Shown in pieces: positions 22,577 through 35,900 of a stretch of DNA of 64,000 bases. The position numbers and the translations under genes are program-made. The notes below the pieces were generated by a model. That model did not search any database, was not told the origin of the DNA, and saw nothing but the letters and a program-made list of their open reading frames with translations. Every line of letters starts with the position of its first letter. Positions within the stretch are counted from its first letter, which is position 1. Source of the DNA: Antedon mediterranea (taxonomy: Eukaryota > Animalia > Echinodermata); assembly GCF_964355755.1 (NCBI RefSeq), contig NC_092670.1, positions 21,748,795 to 21,812,794 of the forward strand, in the 5' to 3' direction.

Positions 22577-23953
22577 GCGATTTTTTTTTCCGTACGAGAG
22601 TTCCTCCATCGGTTCGTTTCGGACTCAATCGACTCTCTTCGGTATTCGGTAAAGTCAGCTCACTGATGCGTGACAACATAATACAATTTACATTTACAAA
22701 CCGCGAGCTTACTTTCACACAGGCTCTCACAATAGTAAAATGAATCTACACTATTATACGTGTTTTGATGACATTAATTAATAAATACTAGGCCTACTTA
22801 GTAATTACATTAAGAACCCAATAGCATATTGGAGATATTTAGGTCTACGACCCAATAGTAGGTCGTATCAGATATTATTTTTTGAAGTTGTTCCAACGAC
22901 CTTTTGTCACGAACGAGTAGAGAGGCTCTTTTATCGTTTATGGTATTGTAGCTAGCCCATGGCTAGCCTAGCCAAGCTTGTGTAAGCCTATGCAAGGTAT
23001 TAAGGAATTCCTATGCACAGTGTATGTTTTTTATACCTTTTAAAATAATATTATTAAATTAATATTTATATTGTAAGGTAATGGAAATTTTACGTTAAAG
23101 GTGTACGTATTAATTATCCCCAATCTTGAAAAAAAGAAGTTCAGACTTTTAATAATAGGCAATTTTGGAGTTTTAATTAAGTTATAGACCTACAACTAAT
23201 ATTATTGTTTATTATGTGTATATGTAATTTGGAAAATCATAAAAAATACATGCAAAGTAAAAAACATTCAATTACGTTACTGACACGACTGCAATAGTAC
23301 AAATACATTTAATAATAACACATTTTCCAGGAAGCTTATAATTATATGTGATACTATCATCAATTATTATATTTATAAGCAAGCATGTGTTTCTATACAT
23401 TTACAACTTACAAGAATACATGTTACTAAATACTAGGCCTGTATACAATTCTTCAAATGTTACACTTAAAAACCTGAAGAAAATTGTAATTTTCTTGATA
23501 AAAACATCTGCTAGTGTTACTTTTGTACATATAATTTCTAACCTACTACTTCATTTTATTAAAATAAAAAATAGTACTGTAGATGGAAATGTACTACATT
23601 GAAGCACACGTACGTAGGGCTAGGCTAGCTAGGCCTTGCTTGTGACGACCAACAAAGTGCTGCTGCTGTGTGTGTGTTACTGTTTGTGAATCTGATGGTA
23701 CATACATTGGTTTGTGGCTGCCTATACAGTATTACATTATTAAAATTCTAGGCATATTATTATTATTACAATGACGTTCAGTACTACTATTAATATTTAT
23801 TATTATATTTACAGTGAGTATAGTATTAGGCCTCTAGTATGTATAAATCACGTTTTGTCTTGTGGTTGCTGTCACGCATCGGTGGCTTACCGAAGAGTCG
23901 ATTGAGTCCGAAACGAACCGATGGAGGAACTCTCGTACGGAAAAAAAAATCGC
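22577..23953. mobile_element. Non-autonomous Mutator-like element (MULE), 1377 bp
   Basis: Long TIRs (22577-22675 and 23870-23953; GCGATTTTTTTTT(T)CCGTACGAGAGTTCCTCCATCGGTTCGTTTCGGACTCAATCGACTCT...). Exact 9-bp TSD AGCCCGCCA at 22568-22576 and 23954-23962. Confidence 0.88.
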
Positions 23954-25554
23954 AGCCCGCCACCTGGAGTTGGTTCCTCCATTGAAAGTAATCACTCGCG
24001 CGTGACACAACCTCGTTATCATTGTCAGCAGACACAGATTGTCCTATAATTCTGTGCAATATTTACGCACAAGTTAATACATTCTTAATGATACTTTTAT
24101 TACTTTATTGTCAAGGTGCGTTTGTAATTAATGATTGTGGGAAATTTAAGATTTATTGATTTTTATTCTTATAATATAACCGTTTGATTTAAAAAGTTGG
24201 AAGACGACGTTTGTGCGTGTGTTTTCTAAGTGGCTTCACACAACAAAACAAAAGAAACAAATTGTTTTCTATTGTATGGTTAATTTGAACGATGCAACAC
24301 GAAGGTTGGACATCCCAGGTGCGTTTTTATATGATTGTCCGGAACTGGTTGACTTTGATTTTTACTTTAATTGGTCCATTAAAGGAAGTACCAATGAACG
24401 GCGCGTAACCAAAGTATCGACGAGTCTGTTCTTGTCCCAGATGCTGCTAATTTGTTTGTGAGACCAAAACAAAGACGTTTTTTTTATAATAAATAATAAT
24501 TACATTCATTTTTAACCAAATAATTTTGTATTGTAACCGCTTAGTATTATTTTTCATATTCTTTTACAACGACAATTGTCAAAATTGTATAAAGCTAAGA
24601 GATCCGTTTAACTCTAAAAATTACTTTAGTTTAATGTATAAGTAATTGTTGGAATGAGCTTATAGCTAGTGAATTCGAATTAATTAGAACGTTTATGTTC
24701 AATATAGATATCACCTCTACCTCTTCTTGTAATATTTATGCATCTTATATAAGATGTTTTACATGGCATTTTATACATTTATAATATAATTTTATTACGA
24801 TTATACACTTTATATATCCAGGTATATTTATTTATAAAAAAGAAATCAATAATACAACGATAGGCTGAAAAGTAATATTTTACCATATTTGATAACAAAA
24901 ATTAATAGTAAAACTGTTTAAAAAAGAAAAACAAATTAACACATTAAAATTTGTCAAAATATCATCTAAAACATCATAAGAAGCGATAGTAATCGATAAA
25001 TAAGACACATCAACAAGTGAAACAACGAAAATAAGGGAAAAACCGAAGTGTCTTGCAGGTAGCCCAGTGACACATGTCTACACGTTCTAGCGGGGTGCCT
25101 TCCTAATGTTCCAATGTGTTATAATAGTGCATACTTTATGTATAGATGTTGCAACAACAAAAATGCTTACTGTACGGTCATAAATATTTTATTTTTCGAA
25201 ATTTTGGAGGAGGGGAGGGGGCGAGGGGCTTGGATCAACCTATGCAATATACAAAAATAAATAATATAACATAATTCATCTTTCATTTTTTAGGCAAGGC
25301 CATACAGACAAGTATAGACAAGTTGCCGTATCGGATACTCCTACTTCCTTTATACCATTATTCAATGAAATTAAAAAGATAATTGTCTTGCTGAAAAATA
25401 ATTACTGCGAACCGTGATTTAGTTTCCCGGATGTATGTACTTCAACTTAAAAAAAATCTTACTAAATTACTGAAACAAACTTATTATAGTACTCAGTTTG
25501 TTTCAAAGTGTGTAGGCTATACTGTCGCCCTTAATGTGTAATAAATATTTGTAA

Positions 25555-25635
25555 TCTTAGGTCTTGGGTCTTAGCTTTCGTGATCTTAGGTCTTAGGGGG
25601 TCTTAGCTTTCGTGGTCTTAGGTTTCGTGACACCC
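25555..25635. repeat. Short GGTCTTAG / GCTTTCGT tandem-motif repeat
   Basis: Iterated tcttaggtctt...gctttcgtg units. Confidence 0.7.
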
Positions 25636-26991
25636 GTTCTTATTGCTGGTCATTTGCAAATTTTGAAGCAATTTCTATAGAACTGAAAAGACAAAAGTCG
25701 AGGCATTTTAAAGTGAAACTTCCAAAGTATTGTACAATTGCTATTCTAATGAACAATGTACGTTGGCATGCGGAGAGACACGCCAAAAGGAAGAGACTTA
25801 TAAAAGGCCAAAATAAGAATAATGCGTGTGCGTAATACAGTTTGCAATTTTATTCATAACATCCAGGATATGAGCCGGTGATATAAACAATGAGCAACAA
25901 TGAAGGGAGGGAGAAACTTATAAACAACACGAAGTCAGCAGGAACAAAAGTCATTTGAAATTATGAACGATACATTAATAAATAAATTATATGTTAAGGT
26001 ACTTCTGATTTCATGCTTTGAAGAAGGGAGATACCTAAAAAGATACTAAAATTAATATGCAATATGAAAATTGAATTTAAAGTTTCAATAATTCTATCAT
26101 TGAAGGAAAAAATTTACTACTGCAGTCCGTACGGTATTTCAATATTTGTATGCCGCCCTCTTACGACAAGCACCAATTTTTAAGATCTTTGATCACTAAA
26201 AAAAGAGATAGATTGCTATTAAGTATTAGTATTTAGTAAACTGCGTATTTTAACGTTTAAAATCGTATTGCTTATAAAACATCATTACATCCTCAAAATC
26301 ATAAAGAAGAAGATTTGATTGATTGTTATAAACTGATTAGGCCCCTATATTTTAGTCTCTAAAGACTTCCTGAATATTTTTGTATTATGCCTATGGTTTA
26401 AATATTAACGGGGAGACTATAACATGTGTGTATGAAAAAGAAGTCAAAATAAAAAGCAAAAACATAAATTGTTTTTACATTTTTAATAAATCCATCATAG
26501 CACAGACCTCCAGAAAATCATATTTCACGACTTTTCTTCGCGTGCCACGAGACGAAACTCCGCCTTCTGGACGAATCCATTATAAAAATATAATTTATTT
26601 AACCATTTATTCCTAATATTGATTGATCCTAAAATTGACATAAATGTATTATTTGAAATAATCTAAAAAAACAAAATTACTCGTAGGTATCATTATTTAT
26701 ACGATATTTCATTGATATTATGGAAATTAGTAATACCTGTATAACAAATAGTTGTTACCCTTTGTGTATAATGGATCAGTCTTTAAATTAAGCACCTTAT
26801 CCGCCGAAACTAAAGGCAATGTTGAGCCAGGGTTAGCAGACTTTGCCTTCGTGTCTGAGTAGTGGTGGTTTGTTTTATGGATTTATAACTTGATTTTGTA
26901 TAGTTTTGGAACTTAAACACGCTTTCCTAATGATTAAATCAAATTGGAATTATGTTGCATACCTAACTTGAGACGATTGTCTTCTTTAAAA

Positions 26992-29900
26992 ATGATGGAT
27001 TTGTGGTCGGGCAGTGTTTTCTGCCAAAACTGTTTACCTGCTCCTCTTTGGACAGGGGTGTACAGGACGTTAACTCATGGCGGCGGTAAAACTTTGTTTT
27101 ACCTGTTGATTATTTGGACTTTATTTGTTTCGGGAAATTGCAAATATTCTAGTGATGAATGTGATTGGAAAGGAGCGTAAGTGCACTTAATGTTGTATAA
27201 TGTCAAATTATGTCACTTTAAAATGTTTTTGGATTTGTATAAGTCCAAGAATAGGTACATCGTGAAGGTTATAATTATATTTACTTTCATTTGATTCGAA
27301 TGGCTTACTATAGTACTTCTTAGCCTACCTACAGTAGTAGTAGTATTAGTATAGTACAGTAAAATAGGAACACCGCACACTCATTCACATTAACAGAACC
27401 AATTTAAAAGTTACTTTATAAGTTTAATAATATGACATTTTTTTAATACAAATTAAAATCTAAACTAAAACAGTTGAAACTTTATTTTGGTGAACAGTTT
27501 CTGTTTTGGAAGATTAAAACTTAGACCACCAACCAAGAGATTGTTTCATTTTAGAAGATCTATAAATAAATATTTTTAAACGATAAACCCAACATATCAC
27601 ATGAATACTTGTGGTGCTGTGTCTTATTAATTTCGTTAATTTTGGTTTTTTTAAAAAAAATAAATAGAAAATGTGATTCAGAAAAAACAAAATTAATATG
27701 TCATGGCTATATATTGAACAAAACATAGTATGTACCTTAATACTTAGATAAACTAAACTCATTGCACTATTCTATATACATCAGTGAATTGTTGATATAC
27801 TGTACAGTTACAAATATTGAGGTTAATTGTAATACAGATCTAAATACTGTACTTTTCATGCAACTTACTGTAAATTATTGTACAGTACAGGACTTGATTT
27901 GAGATTTCTCTTCCACACTTTAGCGTAATATTGTAACTGTCTCAAAGTCCAAAATTATTTGGTGTTTGTAACCTGTCTTTTTAGGAATGTATTTTCCTTT
28001 CTTGATTCTTTGCCCTACAGCGTGTATAAAGTGAGGATGATTAACCCTGTGGTATGCATACGCTAGCATTTCATTGGTGGTTGCTGCAACCTGGGGTGTA
28101 CATAAGTGTACCCCTCTAGGCAATATTGACTGTTCATATCAGCTTGCCATGCACTGTGACCCTTATTTTAGGTCAGATAACAAGACATTCAAACTACTAC
28201 TACTCTAAATTTAAAGTTTGCTTTTCCAGAGCAAATATTTGTCATTAATATAAACCAACTTATTTTCAAGATAGCAGTTTTAAATTAGCCTTTCATTGTA
28301 GTCTTGAATTGAGATTAAAAAATCATTTGAATGATACATTAGATTAAAAAAAATATTGCACAATTAATAGTACAGTACAGAGTATTTCTGAATCATACAG
28401 GTACCATATTCTACGCAAATTGCAATTCAAACATACAGAATGTTGGTTGAAATATTTTATTTGATCTACAGTACTACTGTATACAGTTAATATGCAGCAG
28501 TTAAAACTCTTTTTTCTTTTTTTACTTGCAGTGGTCTCTCGGATGAATCTTCAATGCGTTCAGTAAAAAACCTTTATCTCCAATGTACACGAGGTCGTAT
28601 TACGTGGCGCTATCCAAGTGGCGCTATTCATATCGCATTGCAATACAGTCCAAAAGGAACTGAATTTCGAGTATGTCTTAAACCCTCGTTGACAAATCGA
28701 GGGGCAAACATTTATACAGAAGTTGCGCAACAACTACAACTTTTAATTGCGGATCAAAATAGCGCAACAAATTTAAATCAAGAAAAGAACTTGCAAGAGA
28801 CACATTGTTTTCATTCCATTAACGGTAAAGCTGCAATATTTATCGAAGCAATGCCAAATATACTTGCTTCAAAACTGGTGACTGAATTTGAATATAGTTT
28901 AGATCCTTTAGTACAAGAAGTAGAACAAGACCCTTTATCAGGTATGTATCCTTTTTATTTTGGATTGTTTTATTTTGCATATGTAGTTTAGATTTTTTCT
29001 AAAGCACTCTGCAGGGTTTGCACACAAACTGTAAACTGAAATTGGTTTGTCATATGTACTGTAATGTTGTACACTACAGTAAATGAAAACAAACCTGGAT
29101 TAAACTACAGGATTTTTAACCAGGAAACGGTGATTCCGTACGGAAAGAATCATACCAATAAGCTACTGTATTATTCAAGACTACTGTATAAAATAATAAA
29201 TAATAGAGACGATTACAGAATATTTCAATTTTCTATGACAAAAAAAAAAAACAGAAGGAAATTTCACTCATAAATTAATACAGTACAGTCGCACATTCAA
29301 CTTTTCTCAAACTGGACATTTTGTTATTAAGTCTGTCTGTACTAAAATAAATTGAGTTTGGGCCTTCAAATATAGTCAGGTTTTGTCATAGCATTTGGAG
29401 TCTATTAAAGGGTGACTGTATGCAGTACAATATATACTTTATATTACTGAATACCGCAGTAATTGTCACAGACTTCAAATTTGAAGTTCCCATCCCTCTC
29501 TTGTACAGAGTACAGTTTTTTTTTCAGTAATGCCCAAGCTATTGTGTACTACAGTGTATATAAGCAATAACTTTATTAGGATCAAATACCAAGGTATTAT
29601 ACAATAGGTTTATCAAGCCTACTGAACTTTGTAAAAGCACAACAATTCATTTGTTTGCTCCGAGTGCAATGTACCTAAAAAATGCCTTTCTTCATTGTTG
29701 CGTTCTGTAATAAAATTGGATTTTGTTGAGCCAGTCATTGTGAAGTAAAATGGGAATAGATTTGATTGCCCTTAACACTATTTTTGGATTATTTTTATTC
29801 TATTCTTGAGAAATGAAATTTGGAAAAACCTGAATTTCTCACAGTATTTGAATATATACTTACTTCCTTATTGAAATCAAGTTTGTAAAAGTTTATTGTG

Positions 29901-32900
29901 TGTTAACTGTATGTACCTCCCCCTAAAAATGGAACAATATTATCTGCATCCTGGAATTGTTTTATTTATTTTATTTATTTTATGTCTTTACAGACCTTGA
30001 TTTAAAAGGAGCGCCATGGCGCTGACGCTCCTTGGCGCTCCTGAAAACGATCAAAGGAGCGCCTAAAATAGCGCTCCCCAACCTGTTATAGTGCGTCATA
30101 AAAATATATATAATGATAAGAATATTAACCCCGAATACAACACACAGTCTATATATAGTCGCGCAAACGATCTTTGTTATGGCTACCCCCGATAGGCTAG
30201 GCGCGCCTACGATCTTTGATGTTACGAGAAAAATATCGTAAACAATTCATTCTAAATATAGTATCAGAACGTTCAATCGGTAGCTCAAAAAGACTGCCGT
30301 GATCAGAAGACCGTAATTATACAGACCTAGTTTTTTTGGTCACATGGCATGAAACGCGATACTCTCTGCTTTACCGCAACATCTCACATGTTTTTTTTTT
30401 TTAACTCAGTATGTGAGGGTGGCTGCCGACGATAAACAGTAATTAAGATCGTGTACCTGGATTTTGTGTCACATGACATGAAACATACTCTCTCTGATCT
30501 TAATATAACTGCTCACATGTTTTCCCCTCCAAATTCTGGTCGGGCCTTTTCTTAACACATGTTGTCGCCTTTATGTTAAATCTTATAGTAATTAATATGG
30601 AATATATATGTATTTTGCATATATTTTGTTGGTGTCCTAGCCTAGGTGTCGTTGTTTTTATAATTCGCTAACCCAAGGTAGGATTAAATAATTTATAGTG
30701 TAGGCCGCCGAAACTAGACTAGATAGATAACCTCGACTCTCTCTCTCTGCGTGAGCTGAGAGGTCCACGGACCCGATGTCGTCTCGTCGGCGGATTTCCA
30801 TCCAAATTAGGATAACCGATGCGTAGGCCTAGCTAGGGTGGCTACAAAAATTGACGTCTACTATCTATAGATAGGATTTTAATTAGCAAACAATACATTG
30901 TTTGTTTGCATTGTCCATGCTTCTAAAGGCGATGACAATGGTGTTTACTAACCCTACGAACCATCCTACAATCGACGCGTAGTAGATAATTTAATCATAA
31001 CAATACATCGTAGACTACGTTCAGAGAACAATGACCTACGATGAATTTTACGTGCGAGAGTACCATTTCCGGCCATCTAGAGGTGTCATTTATCAAAATT
31101 CGGCTCGCCACAGGCCCAACCATGGTGGGCCTGTGCCTCGAATACTTAATCAAAATAATGGCTCTCCTCAACATATTGAGGAGAGCCATTAGGAGCTCTC
31201 CTCTTATATTTATAAATCAAGGTCTGTCTTTAGGCAATGTGACCAAGGATTACCAATAGTGAATTAATCACTGTCCTATCAGATAGGTGGTAATCCCCCT
31301 GATACAGAGGCTATTGTGTGAACCAGTTCACCAGGGTAACCCCCTACTCTTTTTCGAATAATGAACTGGGTTCTTTAAAGTACACACACAGGTTATAACT
31401 GTGTACACTGGACCTACGGTTTATAGTCCTTATCCGGGAAGACTTGTTCCACCACAAGAACTAGGAGCGAGTCGGCCTCGAACCCTTGCCGATGTTGTTG
31501 TTGGCTCTTTAGGTACGATAAACGGCGCCCCTGCCTTAACCGCTCGGCCAAAAAGAAGCTACTGAGGACTAAACACTAAACTAAAAATAATTGACATCTA
31601 CTGTACTGTACTACTGTATAAGCATTAAAACAGAAAGACATTTATCTGATGAGACCATTATTGTTGTTGCAGAATCACCTATTATTTCAGTATCAATGTA
31701 CTATTGTCATTAGATTAACTTCCCTGTTGTCAAGTGAGCTCTAACCTGTAATTAGTGACTTTAATACTCTGATGTAATCAATATAAATCTCCCGATTGTT
31801 CTCCCTTTTTATGTTTCTATCAAATTGTACAGTAATTCAACTACTGTAGGATATTAAGTAATCAAATTCTGCAAAATAACTTGTTTTGCATTCTTGCAGT
31901 TTCCAGGAACTCGCTTGCTTGAACAATTACAACAGGGGAATGTTGTACATCTACTTTAACGTTATAATTATATAAAACTTTTTGTATCTATATATCCTCT
32001 CTCTCGAGAGCACAGGCTAATGTCAGTTTATCCAGGTAAACTACAGTAGGCACGAAATAGACTCAAATTGCGTGGGGAAATCTTTACATACATTTTTACA
32101 TACTGTAGGATAGTTATTTACTAATTTTACCCAAAAAAAGTCACAATAAATCCATTCAATTCAAACCCACTTCTCCTCTCGACTCTCCCCATTGTACATT
32201 TTACATTAGGCCAAAGTAGCAAACTTGGATAATAATAAAAACGGTTCTGTAGGCAAACAATAGTTCAACATTATTACCTCTGTCCTCACCAGCTTGATCA
32301 TATCAACATGTCTTTGATAGACTTTTCCAGGTTATCTACAGTAGGCTACCTCAACCTGGACTACAGTACTGTACAGTAGGCCTATAGTACACTAAGATTG
32401 CAGTATCTCACCTGGGTTACTGGAGCCATCTACCAATCTACTTGAGATTTTAATCTCAACAAGTAGGCTTATATTTGTAAACATTCTCCTGTGAAAACCA
32501 TTTTCCCACATCCATCTCAACCATCGATGTCACATCAACAACCAAGTATTGTACCTATAGAGGAAAGTGTTGTATGTTGATGGTTCATCAAGTTGTTTGA
32601 TAAACTTCAGTATTTTTTGTTTTCATTTATTTTTGTCCAGTGTTTGTTACCACCAGGTGTGTGCTACAGTATAATACTAATTGGCTCAAAAGCTTATTTT
32701 TAGAAATTGTGCAAATTCAAATAAATTTTCTTCTATACCTGATAAACCCTTTGTAAGACACAGGTGTGCGATTCCAAAATATTACAACAAAATGTGCTAT
32801 ATATCACTCAATTGTTACTTTTAAAATCCCCACTTTTTATCTATAGTATTTCTCAAGTGTTTACCAACCAGCTTTATTTGAAAATTGCGCCAATTTAATT

Positions 32901-35900
32901 TTCCTCCTTTCAAAAACCAGTGTTCAGATGCTTTTAAGAGCACCTGTGTTCCCTTGTTCCATGAAAAAAATATACTAAATCCCTAATTGTTACTTTTAAA
33001 ATCTCTCGCTATTTTATCTACTTTAAGTATCTCTAGTGTGTTTACTTTACAGCTTTATTTGAAAATTGCGCCATTTTTACTCCAATTCAACTTTTCCTTG
33101 GTCAGCAAATCACAGTTGAAAGCCTATTCTTGCCAGACAAAACATGTGAAAAATCCAATTATTACCAGATCCCTATGTTCTCTATTACTTGCCACTTCAA
33201 TGCTTACTTTGACAGCTTTTTCCAAAAATTGTGCCAATTTTTCCCGCCTACATTCAAATCGGTATTTTAAACATTGTTGTATATGCCTCTTCTCGTCATT
33301 ATCTACTTTGCTTTGGATTCCCTGTGAAGAGCCACAAACAAAAGGTGTTTTAAACCCTTAGTTGTAGGGCCTATCTTTACCCCAGATTTGGGCCTATTGT
33401 CTGGGCCTAGATTGAATTGAATAGCATGGCTTGGGTATGAAAACAATAGAAAACAGGGGAATTACTATCAAGTAGACATTCCCCTACACTTTCTAATCAA
33501 TTGTAAGATTAATTAAGGAGTGCCTACCGTGGGAACTTGACAACTTGGATTTGGAACTATGAAAATGTCAATTGAATTCTAAAAAACTGATGTGTTTTTA
33601 AAAAGCATTATAAAAGATTGGAAAAGAATAGTTTCCCTACAAAACTATAAACATTGCATTGTAACGTTTGTTTTACTTCCTATGTTTTGGTGACTATTAT
33701 TTCAGCATTTGTCAATTAAATTTAGATTTCAAAATAAAAGGTTGTAATGAATAAACAAATTTTCATTTATACAGACTAAAAAAACACCATCCAAACATTT
33801 TTAGATAATAAGCACGTGATCATACAGTAGCATACTCTAGCCATACACACACCTGTGTTGTTCATTGTATCCAAATCGTTACCAAATACTGCAAAATAGC
33901 CATTGTTGTGTCATAGATCTAAACAAAACAAATATACTTGAATAGTTTATTGATTGTCCCAACTGCCAGATTTCAAAACATTCATAATAGTGAACAATCA
34001 TAGCACTTTTGATTTGCATCAGCCTATTGTTATCAAATTTAAACAAACTATTACCGTGTAGGTTAATTATGTCTCATTAGGTTTAAATTTTGAAATATTG
34101 ATTTTGAGAGCGCAAGCTGTAATCACACTTTTTAGTTTCAAGTATTGATCATTATTGATTGTTTAAATAAACTGTTTACTATATGTCCCAATTGAAAACA
34201 TGTCTGAAACACTATTAAGTATTATTTCATTGGTAAACATTTCTGGGTTTTTTAGAAACTTTCTTTTTCTTTCTTCTCTGTTTAACTGAAATGTGAATTA
34301 ATTTTATGACTAAAATGCTTATATTGTTTACTTTTTTCTATAACTTTTTTTTGTCTAGTTCGTACCTAGTTGTACTAGGTTGTATTGTATTAAAAACATA
34401 TGTTTTTGTGTAAAAGTTTTCCATCTCATTGATTCTGATACATTCATTTATTTCTCTTATCTACTTCTCTATATAACAATTCTATTTCTTTTGTATTTAA
34501 ATAAGTTAAAATCCAACATGGCTTAAACTTAAAATCAAAGTTATTCAGACAGGCATGTCACAATGGCGACTACTCAAACAATTGTATTAGTAGGTTTAAC
34601 ATTATCAGCTTAACATTCTGATATGGTGCAGTTAACCATGGAAATAAATGTATTGTGAAGAAACAAAGTTAAGTACTAATATAGTGGCGTAAAATTTAAG
34701 AAAATACCTGTTCTGCTCCATTCAAAAGATTTTTTGCGCAACCTTGCTGAACTATTTTTATTATATTTTCGAACAATGTGCTTTACTCCATAAGATTTAG
34801 CCTCACAATACGATCGGATTAGTTGTGGTATGACGAGATTTGAAAGCAGGAAACAAACTATAAGTACACTGACTTTAAAAAGAATGTATAACAATGTTTA
34901 AAGATTTAACTTTAAAAAAAATAAGGTGCAGTTTTGTAGTAGATCACTTTGTATAACATGTGATACTAGGTATAGTCATGCATTGGTATATAATTTAGTA
35001 TACAATTTAGAGTATAATGATTAAAATGGAAATAATATATAATTAGTTGGTATTAAAATGTAAAATAACAATGATGATTATTACAAGAATTAGTTTTACT
35101 ATGTACTGTATAGACACATTTGAGTCGGTGGCAGAGTTCAAATAGTTACTTGTTTTTCTTTAGGCCTAGATATTTTAATGGTCACTTCATTTATGGTTGT
35201 GTTATAAACATAAAGTGACCTGGCTCCCAACTTTCCTGGGAAAGTTTCATTTCAAAAAGATTGATTATTTATTCACAAAAGAATTTGTTGTGGAAAGATT
35301 GTTCCTGTTGACAGGATATGAGATAAGATACTAATATTAATTAGTAATCAACAATTAATTAGATAACAATATTACAGTAGACACCAATCAATGAGATAAG
35401 AATACTATATTCCCGTAGAACTCAATGAGATTCCTATACTATACAATAACACACAGCAAAAGAAAAAAACATGACATTTGATCATTATGTAATCATACTA
35501 AAGTTGAAACTACACTTGTACTATTACTAATACCATGGAGCTATAAATTTATTCTAATTTATAGGTCCATGCTGCTGCTACAGTAATACTGTACTACAAG
35601 TGTAGTTTCAGCTTTTTTAATGCCATTTTTACTGCCATTAGAAGACACATCAACTAATGTGCTTCTGTTATAACATTGGGCTACATGTACTTTTAGGCAT
35701 TGCGTTGTTATTATTAATTTTCAAAACAATAGAAAAGATTTTTTTTAATGATTTGGAGTCTAGACAATCTGTAAAATGAGAGGAACTCTGGAACCACTAG
35801 TTGTTCTTGCAAGGTCTTAAATGAAACCTGATTGACTGACAGGTCAATGGAAGAGGGCGCCACATGCAGAGGAAAGCGTGCCTAGTTTGATGTTTACCAA

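Noticed and set aside
32987-33361. 124-aa ORF in meteorin intron 2
   Set aside because: Non-ATG start, Leu/Ser/Phe-rich composition, and it overlaps degenerate local repeats (gctttatttgaaaattgcgcca occurs twice).
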